A DNA stretch of 64,000 bases, from contig JBHGNT010000003.1 in NCBI GenBank assembly GCA_043228905.1, positions 3,534,001 to 3,598,000 of the forward strand, given 5' to 3'. A program made the translations under genes and the position numbers. The stretch comes from Azolla caroliniana. Its lineage: Eukaryota > Plantae > Polypodiophyta. This document shows, piece after piece, positions 1 to 12,781 of this stretch. How positions within the stretch are numbered: the stretch's first letter is position 1; every line of letters begins with the position of its first letter. The notes under the pieces are model-generated. The model worked only from the letters and a program-made list of their open reading frames with translations, was not told the DNA's origin and searched no databases.

Positions 1-850
1 ATGCCAACTAAGGGCATACGGGGACATAATGTGTGCATTTGTTATCACTAGTCTTAAAAACAAGGTATGTAGGGGGTATGTAGTTTACATTGATTCCTAC
101 CTTTCTTAATTATTTTAAGTCAAAGCTCAGTAATGCTTTGTGTTGGTCAAGCACTTTGATCAAGTGTATGATTTAGTGGCCAACTTCCCTTGGTTTTCGG
201 AGAGGGAATTCACTCCCCATCACTTTGATCTAAAGCAAGGAATTTCAAATTTTCCGTTTTGTTTTTATATTAATTAGGGCAAAAAACCCTGAAATAACGA
301 TACAATTCACATTTGGGGGTTCTTATTGGTCATTGGAAAAACAAAACGATATATATTATTCAATTTGTTCAAGTTGGCCAATTTGAGTATACTAGGAAGA
401 GCAATGAAGTGTGTTACATATGATCAAACCTAAGCATACCCAATGAATAGCTCGAAGAACTTGCATTTTATCACCAAAGTGATCATAGTCCCCACCCCCT
501 CATTTACAACAAAGTATCCCATCAACTCTTTTAACATGGTAACTACCTTGTAACACTGTTATACATATTTACAGCTCCTAGTTACTAATGGAAGCCATTG
601 GTGGAAACAACCATCCAAGCCTTGATGATGATCTGACCACCATATGAGAATTGTCCCATTTCAGTAGAAACTTTGATCGAGCTCTTTCTACTTCATTCGA
701 TTCCCCTTGAATCGAATCGTACCGTCCCCACAACCAAGATACCGGGTTGAACCAGATGTTTAACAACATCTCATCACTTGGGAGCTTGTGTTGTTGAAAA
801 ACAAACTTACAATGCTTAGTCCAAATGTGCCAAGACGTTAAGCAAGCCAT

Positions 851-1316
851 TGTCATAGACAAGATGCCACATGGAATGGTGGGGGTTGAACCCATGACCT
901 TCTGGTCTTATTGGGCAACTTTACCGATTGAGCTACATCCATCTATGCATTATTGTATTGTGTAAGACTCAACTTATTTCATTATAGATTGATCACTAGA
1001 AATTTCAAGAACCTTCTAGAGAATGCATCTTCATGCACTCTCTAGAAGTCTTCTAGCTTTCATGCATACCTCCACATTCTTGTATAAATATTGGTGTGCA
1101 CCTTGATTACAATCAAGGTGAACAACACTAGTTACGAAAGCATATACAGTTCTTGTTTATTTGTCTATCCTCTCTCTTGCTTGTTCTCTTGTCTATGCTC
1201 TCTCTCCCGTTATCTCTTAATATTGAGCCTCGTCTACTTGTCCTTGACAATCTTGTGATCTTGCTTATGCTCTCGCTCTCTCTTAGTACTTAGCCTCATT
1301 CCACCCGTTCGTGACA
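851..1316 (+). mobile_element. Solo LTR (466 bp) with antisense tRNA-like segment, heat-shock element and TATA box
   Basis: TGTCAT...GTGACA termini; 5-bp TSD GCCAT (846-850) / GCCAC (1317-1321); splits the LINE frame at WMMVA|CLTSW; TATAAATA at about 1083, then a CT-rich tract. Confidence 0.8.
999..1016. promoter_or_regulatory. Perfect 4-unit heat-shock element in solo LTR 1
   Basis: GAA-AT-TTC-AA-GAA-CC-TTC matches alternating nGAAn/nTTCn, about 70 bp upstream of the TATA box. Confidence 0.65.
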
Positions 1317-3083
1317 GCCACCATCATCCATATCTCCTCAAAAAAATCAGAGTTTGTGCCAAGTCCAACTCCAGCACATTAAAACGCACTGCCACCCTGC
1401 ACTATAAAGCCATGACCATGGGGGTTTAACTGTCCCGCCCAACCTTCCCCTGTTAACATCAGCCCCTGGAAGGACCCCCATACAACTCTCCCATTCACAC
1501 TGCATGTTGCCACGATCTTGAGACTTCTACCCTAAATGCTAACGTCTCTGCGCAATTCCAAAAACAGTGAGGAATCAATTCCAAAGAGTGTCCACATATC
1601 TTGCAACCAACCTCCCCACCACAACACCTCAGCCACTCCCCCACAGGTACCGCCTTATGGCGAAGAAGCCACAACCAAAGCTTTATTTTTTTCGACATAT
1701 CGAACGCCCATAATCTCCTCCAAAATGACTTCAACAAGTGACATCAGTTATGCCCTTATCCCTCCAACTATTACCAGTTTGAGCAACGGCCATTGATTTG
1801 GAGTCAATGATTTGCCTTCCTAGCTTAGTATTATACTCGAAAAACCTTCCATACCTCTAGTGGATCCCACTCCAAATCACATAAGGGCTTGTAGTCAAAT
1901 ATCCAGCGTTTACAATCGGGTTCCAGCTTCCCAGGGTCCGGGTTTACTTGCCACTTTTGCCCTTCCAACACTGCAACCCCCATTGCCAACCACTAGCCAT
2001 TGTCTGTCAAAGCACATAGGTTGCCCTACAAATGATACTCATTAGATTGGCACTTGCCATGAATAATGTGTACATCACCCTCACCTACAAACCACCCAAA
2101 CCAGACCCCCTCTTCGTCATTCAACCTAGCTATACCATCAACATCATTATCTATCAACTAGGTCACCTTTTCCAGCCTGCCAGTAAACAAAGTACTACCA
2201 GTACCAGCCTAACCCTCCCTCCTCTTCATTTTGAAAACCTCCCAGTCTCTTACTAAACTAACATTGTACCCTAACATCTCCATGGAAAATATTTTTTCTG
2301 GCCAAGCATCGTACCGTCTTCACTTCTAATCCTGGGGTTCCAAAACAATGGTTGTCGGAGTTGTTCCTCCATCGTTTTCAGCTGCATTAAGACCAACCCT
2401 TCTCTTAAACTCGACTAAGCCCTCATGATGGTGCGGGCCACCTTGTCCTCCATGCCGGCCGGTTCGTTTAACTTTAGGTCTAGACTAAACAACCACCACT
2501 TCTTTGCCTTCCAAGGGCCGCCATTCCTCGGGCATCAGAGTTTAGCTTTGTCCCTAAGAAGCAACTTCCACAATTCTAGTCCGGATTGTAGACTTTGCAC
2601 CACGAACTTACCAAGTAAAGCCTTACTTTGGTGAACTGGATCCACCAGCCCAAGTCCACCCTAATTTTTCTTCTTGATCAAACAACTCCACGCCACTTTA
2701 GCTTACGTAGTCTCATGGTCTCTACCCAACCAAAGGAGCCCTCTCACCATTGCCTTAATGTTTTTGATGCAAGCTTTTTCTAACATCCAACATGCCAACG
2801 AGTGCCACTTGGCGACCAACAAAATGTGGTTTACCACAATCACTCTACCTGCAAGGGAAAGCTTTACTAATGCCCATAACCGAAGCTTTTTTCTGATTTT
2901 GTCTTTCACTTGCTCAAGCTGCTGATTTTTCTTAATCTCAACTCCCACCAAAAAGCCCAAATATTTAACAATCATTCCATTGGGGACCCATTGAAATTCA
3001 GCATTAGGGCACCAAAGCGGCCATGGGTTTAGACTTACCCAAAATGCTTTGCTTTTCTTCCAATTAATTTACCCTCCTGATGT

Positions 3084-3382
3084 TGTCATGATATGGCAAG
3101 ACTCGAACCCATAACCTTATGCTACATGGGTCGAACTCTTGATCATTAGACCATACATTGTAATACATAAAATATTATTTTCATTTATGTTTTATTATAG
3201 AAAATTGATGTATATTCCAGATTTCTCTGGAACATTCTAGAAACTTCAGGAGTATTCCTTAGAACACTATAAAAGGAGGCACAATGCATTATTTCGAACC
3301 AAATCGGTTCAATGCCAGTCTTAATCCTCCTAGCTACTACTGTACATTCTCTTCACATAATATATATCTTCTCTTATCATTA

Positions 3383-3414
<32 letters not shown>

Positions 3415-3528
3415 CTCTCTCCCTCCCTTTCAGTCACTCTTTCCTTCTCTCGAGAGTTCTTCACCTCTCTTAGTACTAATACTTCTTTTAGTACTAATTC
3501 ATTCTCTGTCTTAGTACTGTTCCTGACA
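3084..3528 (+). mobile_element. Solo LTR (445 bp), same architecture as 851-1316
   Basis: TGTCAT...CTGACA termini; TSD GATGT (3079-3083) / AATGC (3529-3533), both derivable from GATGC in the LINE FCKASGG codons; 3' end (C/T)GTTC(G/C)TGACA shared with LTR 1; TATAAAAG at about 3268. Confidence 0.8.
3230..3247. promoter_or_regulatory. Perfect 4-unit heat-shock element in solo LTR 2
   Basis: GAA-CA-TTC-TA-GAA-AC-TTC, about 20 bp upstream of the TATA box. Confidence 0.65.
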
Positions 3529-5614
3529 AATGCTTTACAAAACAACTCTCGACACATTTAGGTTCCTTTAAAACAATCCTCTTGTTCCATTGGGCACAAA
3601 TTTCTAAAAGTAAAATTTAAAACTTGCCAAGCTATAAAAACACAAGGACACTAGATGAATGAGCACTACTTGCTCACCTAAAAAAACTAAATTTCATCGC
3701 CTATGGAAATACAAATACATTGATGCTTGGTTGACATCTAGGGCTTTTGGGGATTTAGATGCTAAAATTGCTTAGCTTCTCCAATTTATCACTCTCTAAA
3801 AAGATATTCAACTTCTATCCTTAAAAGATGGTAACCATTTTTGCCATTTTTAGTGTAATAAATGAATCTGGGGCTTTATCACATCTCTATACATATATAA
3901 TGAATGGATTATCTCTATTCTAAATAATAAAAATCAAGGGCTCAATCAATCATTAAATAAATTGTTTGCTAAAATAGGAGCAATCGAATAGAGAATAATA
4001 AAATCGTTTTCAATAAAATTATACTACATCAAACATGGATTGCATCCAACCTAAGCTAAAATATATGGCACGATCATAAAAAGAAATAGTAGTTTGATTA
4101 TTCCGATTCTCTGGCCATTGGACAAATTTCCAGGAGAAAGTATAGTTCTAAATCGGTAAATGCATTGATCTCTTGAGTTTTAATATTTTGTTACCATCAA
4201 GTCCATCACATGTTATCCCAACAAAAATGTATAGAACACGAAGATGAATTTGAATAGAGATATGGGCATCTAAATGTTATATTTATTGCCTTGTGTTAAA
4301 GAGAATGCTCTTGCTGACACAATAATGTTCTCCTTATTTCAAAACACGACTATAAGGAACTAAATAAGAAATCCTTATCTAATAGTGTGTGTTTTTAGAG
4401 AGCTCACCCGACCTCTTTCATAATTGCTAGAAGTTTCATACATCTCTAAAATGTGAGTTCCATAAGGTGCATATTGATGAGATATATACTAGTGAATTAC
4501 TTTGTGGGCATGATAAGTAAAGTTGAACCAATACACACTCACATACATGACAAGCTCCATAAATTTCCCAAAGAAATGTGACTAGAATCACTAAAAATAA
4601 GAAGTTCAATCTTCTAGAGGCTTAGGTCTAACCGATCCACAAATACAGAGCATAGCACTAATGGGGAAATTTGTTGTGAGATGCTTAACTCCATGAGAGG
4701 AAATGTGGAAAACTTTATGTTGTCGCATATTAAATTTATGGAAACCTAGAGTGGGGGATAAATGGTTGGACACGCCCTGTTGGGCATTTATAAAGGAATT
4801 GAACATGAAGATTCCACGGAGCATGTACAATGCAGTGATACAATTAGTCATGAAAGGCTAGAAACTATTAAGAAAAGGGATTCTTTGGGGAGCCCCAAAC
4901 TCTGCCTTGGAATGGTTTTGCTAGTAGCTACTATGGAACCCCAACTTCAGGGATGTCAATGGCAGTATGCTATGAAAATAAAGAAATAGAGAGAGAAAGA
5001 AGGTTGTTGATCCACCTACCACCCCAAGCAAAGGGATTGAGACAAACTTGACCCGTAACCGATTTCCCATACTATCATATATGAGCTTTTAGTCTCACCT
5101 AGCACTAACATGCACTCAACATAAGAGTTTTTTCACACTAGAGGATCACAATCTCAATGTAGTAGAATCCTCCCACTTATGAAGTTAGAAAGGCCTCATA
5201 TTTATAACCTGACCATAAGGCCCCTAGGCAAGTTCACACTTATCGCTTAAGGGTTGTCCCAATAGTTGGGATTAAAGATAATCCTCCCTTCTTTGAAATC
5301 TCCATTAATCCTCACACTCTTATCCTTGCGTGCAAAAAAGTACGGTAAAAACTACCTCGGAATAAGGTATGATTATGTTCGTAACGAAGACTATCTTGCA
5401 ATTTCTCTAGGTTTGTCTAGTGTCAAAATACTACAAACACTCTCGTAATTTACAAGCCAATTAGATCACAAACATGATGAAATGTCACTATACAAAACTC
5501 ACATCATGTGAAAGATTCCTTAAAAGTGCAACTAAATAAATCCCTTTAACCTGCAATATACTCATACACCAATTGAACCATAACACCAAAACCTTCAGTT
5601 TCTTTTTCTCTCTC

Positions 5615-6660
5615 TATTTTTTTTTTAATAAAGATTCACCTTGGTAGTAATAAAAAGATGCCCAAAGGCTACAAAAAACTCATACAATAAAATATAACCC
5701 TCATATCCACCTCAACCAACATGTCAAGTAGCAAAAGCCCTCATGCATGGTCCTTCCAAGACGGGGGCGGAAAAAGCCATCTTGATGGAGCATATTCCAC
5801 TTTATTCTCTTAGCATAAGAAGTGAAGACCTCTGCCTTTTTCCAAATTTCTCAAAAGTGTTGTTGCTTATGAAACACAACCTTAGTCTCACCAGTTATTG
5901 CCTCATATTGACCTCTTAGAGTATGTATGAGCATCAATCATATGTCCTTGACTAACTCAACAACATTCTATTTGACTTTTTGAAATACATGTTTACATCT
6001 TACCTTCCACAATACCCAACTACTAAAGAAGATATCATAGACTAAACCTTGTCCTCTTCCAAACAACCAATTTTTGAAGCATAAGAGACCTCCAATACAT
6101 GTCTTCCATTGGAGAGTAGCAAAAAATCAACATCCTCCTTTTCATAATTCAGTACTTCTTTAACCAACCTTCCCCATCTCAGAAAACCCCATGTGTATAC
6201 ATGTTTACCATAAATATGATACAAAATTCTCAACATCCTTTTCCAAACTGCTTAGCAATAGGATATACCCATAAAACATGGTGAACAAATTCAATGGAAA
6301 ACCATAATTATCACATTTTAAATCATGACAATGTCCCCGCATCCATGATATCATAGGAATGCCATAATGTACCAACCACCATCTAAACAATACAACTTTG
6401 TTTAGGAATTAGCATGGCCCTAGCCATTTCCAATTAGCCTTGAACCACGAATCTTGTACATTACCAAATCTTCAAATTTTACAAGCTGCTGGCGTAACAT
6501 CCACACCCCTCATTAGCAATTCTCTACCCATTTTTACTGAGTACTGAAAAAATGGGTTTTGCTTACCTAGCATTCCTTGCACTGATATGATTTGCCATTT
6601 CTACTTACCGGGATACCACGAAAGGTGATCAACAAGCTTATTCTCATAGACCCACAATTC
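5615..6660 (-). mobile_element. Decayed LINE 3' fragment
   Basis: The minus strand near 5975-6020 reads W-VLWKVRCKHVFQK, the same C-terminal LINE motif seen in 578-850. The T-run at about 5617-5626 is a poly(A) tail on the minus strand. Heavily degenerate. Confidence 0.55.
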
Positions 6661-8427
6661 AGATAAATTGTTTAGGTGTGTTCACATGGAGTGGAACGTG
6701 CATAGTTAAGAAACATTTGTTCATCACATTACCTTTCAAAGAGGAATTGTGGTGTTTTAAAACGCTTAGTCAGCAACACAAACCATAAAGTTTTGGCCAC
6801 GAAAATGTTTGATGTTTTATTAAAATCCTTTTTGCACCCTCCTATTGGGGCCTCAATCATCTTTATAAATATTGTTAATATTATATAGGTTATTGGTAAG
6901 CTCTCTAATCATATGTAAGGATTAATTCAATTGTGACTAAGAGGCAACTACACACCACATATGTGCTTTGTGTACGAACTTCTTGTTTAATAATATATAG
7001 TGGAGTACATCCCAATGTATTACCTCTAGACAATCATGTTGGCAATGTGCGCAAATTTTCAAAAGTCTATGGGCATTTTGAAGTAGTTATGTGGCAGTAG
7101 TAGAGGGATAATGCATTAATGATATATTTGTTTGACAAAATAGTGCTACCGACCTCTCGAAGAGAAAATTCAAGACCCTCGTTGTTGTCTAAACCAATTA
7201 CAACCTTGTCGAATGACCTTTGAACTTTGTAGACCACGCATTTAGTGAAATCTTTCCGACAAAAATGAACCTATGTCAATAAGACACAATGTAGCTCTAT
7301 CCATTTTCAACACATCTCCATCAATCACACTATTTTGCAATGATAGATGTGAAACAATGTGTTCATTTCATAAGAGTTCTGATAATTATGAGCAACCATT
7401 TAGGATACACATTACCAAAAACAACATTTAACTTTTAATTCTCTACCTCTAGCCCTATAATTTGTTGCATGGGCTACCCTCGAAGAGAAACCTTTTAAGT
7501 GGAAGAGATGACACTTTTTGTTTTGATCTCTTGTTTCCATATAGAGAAGAGGCGTAAAGTATAAAAAGGTAAAGAGAGATGATAAAGACAATATATTAAA
7601 GTTCCTAGGGAAAGCAAGTGGGGGGTGGGGGAGAGTGGTTGCAATTTGCGAGAGACATTGTTATTTGGCACGATAATGTGTGGAATATAGGTTGATGGAT
7701 GGTTCTCTTCTAGCTATAATTGTGTCAAAAACGAAGTGATTTCATCCATCATGGGGAAAAGCCCCTTAAATCTTGTGCTCTAGGGAGTACAAAGTTGACA
7801 GTAGGACAAAGAGCCACATAAGAATGTAAGTGGGGAGCAAAAACGAAATCGAGCACACATACATGCATTTATGTATACTATAGACTCTTGAGTTAGAAGA
7901 CAAAGAGTACATTTGTACATGTGTGCATTTACAAGAGATGCATGCATTCAAAAACTAGGAATAACAAAGCATAACAAGAGAGTTAGATAGAGGTAGACTT
8001 GAGACATGAAGAGGGTCTAGTAAAAATTGAGCGTGTTCAATCCCTTTTCAATCGAGGGAGAGACATACATACGTGTGTCAGCATCTACTTCATGTATGTA
8101 TAACATGTCAGAGTAAAAATTGAAGCGTGTTTGTGAGATAGAGATAGGTCAATATCTACTTATTGTGGTGTAGATAGCATTGTTAAATTCTGAGCGGGTC
8201 CCATTATCGAAGAAAACATTTTTCTTCCTCCTAATCGTGATCTTTGTGGGCATTCTAAATAATATTAACCTCCTTACTTACATACTTACATAAATGTAAT
8301 GGAAATTGACCTCTTCGTAGAGAAACACACGACGACACAATGTACTTGGGTTTCTGATCACAAGAGTAAAGATCTTGGAATGCCAGACTTTGTTGGTGAA
8401 AATATCAAATACCTCTTGTTTTTGTGA

Positions 8428-8533
8428 ATACACACACACACACATACATACATACATACACACACACGCACATACATACATACATACATCCATACATACA
8501 TGCATGCATACACACACATACTTACTTACTTAC

Positions 8534-8582
<49 letters not shown>

Positions 8583-8722
8583 CATACTTACTTAGATACA
8601 TACTTACTTACATACATACATACTTACTTACTTACTTACATACATACATACATACTTACTTACTTATATACAGACATACAGACAGACATACATACATACT
8701 TACATACTTACATACATACACC
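8428..8722. repeat. Compound (TACA)n/(TACT)n microsatellite; a (CT)n(CA)n tract follows at 8822-8880
   Basis: Directly visible; it produces the spurious HTYI-repeat ORFs. Confidence 0.95.
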
Positions 8723-8817
8723 CCCATACGGACATATATATAATATCAAAGGAGAGACAAAACAGCTGGCATTCTCTCTTGACTCAGTTATCCCCTGCTC
8801 TCTTTACTCTGTTCTTC

Positions 8818-8882
<65 letters not shown>

Positions 8883-8977
8883 TAGTCAGCTCCACATTAC
8901 ATCATCAGTAACTCAATATAATTGTTGTTGATCATCAAAATCATGTCTATCATTGGTGTTTGAAGACCTACAATTAG

Positions 8978-9667
8978 ATGGGTCATTATCAAGAAAGATT
9001 AGGGGATGATCATTATGGTAGCAGGAGGAGGAAAGATTATGATCCAGCTAAATCTAGCAATAACTATGGCTTTGCCAGAAAGCAAACCCCATTAGGAAGC
9101 TCAGCTAGCTTCCATTACAGCAGCAACCCAACCAAATATGGCTACAATAATAACTACAATGACAATAGTGACACCCTTAATGCTAATCATCATCATAATC
9201 ATGCCAAGCCTCAACATGTTGCTAATCACAACTCCAGCAACATGGTGTCAAGATGTCACTCAGATCTATCCACTATCACTAGCACTTGGGGAGGGAATAT
9301 GCTTGGACCAGAAGACACCCCCAAGCACCACAATCACTATCACCATCACTATAACCCTAATACAGGGGAATATACCCTCCAAGAGCTAGATTCCTCCTTC
9401 ACCTCACACCCATCCATGAATGGCGCATCGCCAGGCCCGGTTTGCTCCTCAAATACTACCAATTGTAGCAATGGCTGGGGCGGTGTCCGGCTCGACCCCG
9501 AGGTGAAGCGGAGGAGCCGGCTCGTGAGCTACAAGGCGATCGCACTCGAGACCAAAATGAAGGCCTCGATGCGCAAAAGTTTCCGATGGATCAAAGACAA
9601 GTACCTTGACACATTCCATGGGACCACAAAGATCAATGCATTGGCATCATCGGAGTGTTCCCCGTGA
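8978..9667 (+). CDS. DUF3511 domain-containing plant protein (229 aa, single exon)
   Basis: Low-complexity N/H/S-rich N-terminus, then the C-terminal WG...DPEVKRRSRLVSYKAIALETKMKASMRKSFRWIKDKY, matching the DUF3511 consensus (DPExKRxxRVAxYKxYxVEGKxKxSxRxxFRWIK). Confidence 0.88.
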   Translation: MGHYQERLGDDHYGSRRRKDYDPAKSSNNYGFARKQTPLGSSASFHYSSNPTKYGYNNNYNDNSDTLNANHHHNHAKPQHVANHNSSNMVSRCHSDLSTITSTWGGNMLGPEDTPKHHNHYHHHYNPNTGEYTLQELDSSFTSHPSMNGASPGPVCSSNTTNCSNGWGGVRLDPEVKRRSRLVSYKAIALETKMKASMRKSFRWIKDKYLDTFHGTTKINALASSECSP

Positions 9668-10004
9668 TTTCAAGATCAACATCTAATTATCTTTTAAATG
9701 TTTCATTAATCCTATCTATCTATCTATCTATATATAGTAGATTATATATCTTGAGTTAGCCATGAATGATCATTAGATGCAAAAACCCATGAAATAATAT
9801 GATCTCATCCATGTGTAGCTCTTCCAACACTTCTCTTGATATATGTATATCGTTCACATCGATCCAATCTAATTTGAACTCATTTCAAAAGCCAACATGT
9901 TAGATGATCCCGGATAGCTACTTCGACTCCAACTAGGGCTCAATTGCACTTCATTCTTAGTATTACTACTTTGGAAACAAACATGTAATTGCTCATTCTT
10001 TAAG

Positions 10005-10400
10005 TACCTTGGAAAGTGGTAAAGAAATGCCCCAACTATTCAGTGGCCAGTTTACCTTGTGTTGCCAATGACTAGTTATGATCAAACCGAGTTTTTCCCC
10101 GTCATCAAGCAAATGATTACATGTTAAATTTTAAGTATGTTGGAAATTGGTAAACAAAATCCCAGAATACCCCATGACATGTTTACCTAATGTTGCTATC
10201 AATTCACTTAAATGGTAAATAAAGGGGTTTTAAATCATTGGAAAGGGGTAAATAAAGAAAAATCCCGGAATTCGGTTAAGGGGGTTTATTCGTACGTAGA
10301 AGATTACTTGTAAATGAGCTGATGTTACATTTGAATGCATTGGAAAGCGGTAAAAGAAAAGCCCGGGATAATGATATCAGAATTGTTTACGTAATGCCGA
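10005..10400. repeat. Degenerate tandem repeat, about 4 units of 100-130 bp
   Basis: TGGAAA(G/T)NGGTAAA...AAA(T/G)CCC recurs at about 10010, 10141, 10238 and 10341. Confidence 0.5.
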
Positions 10401-12733
10401 TTCGTTTACTATCAAAACTGGTCATATTGCCTTAGTAACTCGGAAATGATCATGGGAGTGTCAAATTTTGTGATGGATGGAATCTCACCTTTCTTCATGT
10501 CAAGTAGTGATCAAAAGAAGAGTAAATTTTGCTTGATATTGTCCTAGTTTTAAATTAGATGCTACATAGTTATAATAGTTTGTGTCGATTTGTTATATTT
10601 GGTGACCAATAGTTTGTTATAGTCATGACTATTAGACTTGTTATTTCAGTCACAAGTTAATTATGTTGTAATAATATGATGGGTTTCCTAAAGCATTCAA
10701 TCATTATACACTTTGATGTGTGACGAGGAAGTAATTTTGTGTAGTAGAACTTAACGAGATTATGAATTAATTCAAATGAACACATCTTCTATGCTCGTAT
10801 AATACATGATTAGTCTAATCACCGACTTATAAGGACATCATCATGTTATGTAAACATACAATGATCAAGCCATAAACAAATTGGATCAGGCCATGTATCC
10901 TCCTTTGATCATGACATGTGATCTTTGGAAGGCAAGTAGTGTCTAATTTACAATTTCATCCTTACAAAGGATCATCTCACTATGAGAGACCATGAAAACA
11001 TACAATGATTGGAAACTTATGTGTCAATTGGTAGAATATTGTGCGCCTTCAAAAAACTAGAAGTTTGACTAGGTGTTGGTAAGTTGTGCCAACTTTCGTG
11101 GACCACATTCCATTCGAGAGTATTATGACTTATCTAAAATCTTTCAAAGCTTGTTTCAACTAACATGTCAACGAACAAAGTTTAGACTAACTTTGGAGCC
11201 TTTGAAATGCCATGGGGCCATCACAATTAAATGCCATTCACCCAAATTTAGGTCTCTATTTCCCCACTTGTTTCACTTTCCTATCAATAATTCTATGCAT
11301 CTTAAAGCTCTCCAACCCTCTTATCTTCTTAATAATTTCATGGTCATCTAGAGATTAATCGTTATTTTTCTTGCTACTTTAGCATCATGTGGAATAGTCC
11401 CAATTATGACATATAATGCCCTTAGAAAAGGGTTATTATGATAAAGACCCTAGTAAGTTAATAAGTGCAACACACACTAAGGATCTTTTTTTGATTGAAA
11501 TGATATATCAATCACGTAGTCAATTCATCATCTTGTTATACCCGTCGAAGAAGGTAAAGGAATATCAATATCATTGGTAATGTGAGAGGCTAGTAGAAAT
11601 GAATAAAATTACAAGAACATTGAAAATATTCGTGTAAAAACCTACAATGTTCTCTGTTAGATTCTTAAAATAGGAGGAAATTGGCATTAAAGAATGACAC
11701 CATCCACAATCTAGTGCTTTACTTATATTCGTTTGATTAAAAGTCCTTCCTCTTTTCTAATCTTAAATTGGCATTCATCCGCTAAGTTGAGTCCAGTCAA
11801 GCTGAGCCAAGTCTTGCTTCTACATATGCTCACAATCTTGGGTAAATATTCTACCCTAGGGGTTGTCTTATATTTCAATTTTCTCATGTAAGTTTACCAA
11901 ATTCTCCTTTTTAGTTCATCGATTATAATATGTTCTTTTTATCTATTTTTAAGGATTAATAATACATTTTGCATGTTCAAGACGTCATCTTGAAGTTCAA
12001 ACTCATGGTCACGGGACTACACCCTTGAGCAATAAGATAATATGGGAAACCTACATGGACAATGACAAAAAATGGTAAAGAAGACTTAAATCTATAAGGC
12101 AAAGTTCTCTTGCTATATTTATTAATGTTGGACAATATGCAAGTAAAGATGAGCAAGCAACTTATAACAAGAATTCAAAAAGCTCAATGCTCACACACAT
12201 ATATAACTTACTAATCAAGGAAATGGGACCATGACATATGCCTACACAAAAGAAAATGTAGGCAATGTGCAATAATAAATAATATCACTATGGTCAACCA
12301 AGCGAGTGCCATGACAGATGCTTCGAAAAAGGAAATAGATGAATGTATGGATGCAAAGAATAAGATATAAATCATTGGCTTGAAACTTAGCTAGATGCAT
12401 GTAATCAAGAATTCATCACCAATGAAACAAATGTTCGATAATGGCCTAAGCATTATTAAAGGAAACGGCTTGTCTTTAGGGTGACATGGAGAAATAGGTT
12501 GACAAGGTCAAATGGGCTACAAAGAAAGTGGGAACACAATTGTTCCTATTAACTACAAGATCAACATGGGTGTTGGACATGTTTGGCCAAATTACATATC
12601 TGTTGAACATGACTTAGCAAATGGGTTGAGGAACAAGAAACAAGAGCTTCAAGACAAGTTGGATATAGATAAAGGGGAAACTATTGCATGGCATATCTTT
12701 AGACGAAGAGAACACACAAAGGGTACTTCGACG

Positions 12734-12781
<48 letters not shown>

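Larger units (their letters stand above)
545..3595 (-). mobile_element. Decayed, 5'-truncated LINE (non-LTR retrotransposon ORF2: RT C-terminal part and zf-RVT), interrupted by two solo LTRs
   Basis: Minus-strand fragments read ...FCKASGG...(I)VKYLGFLVG...KLSLAGRVIVVNHILL...KVAW...KIKLWLWLLRHKAVPVGEWL...CKICGHSLELIPHCFWNC...WMMVA|CLTSWHIWTKHCKFVF, typical of plant LINE ORF2. The frame continues across both insertions. Many stops; ends approximate. Confidence 0.85.

Noticed and set aside
8278-8885. ORFs of HTYI/MCVC repeats
   Set aside because: Translations of the (TACA)n microsatellite.
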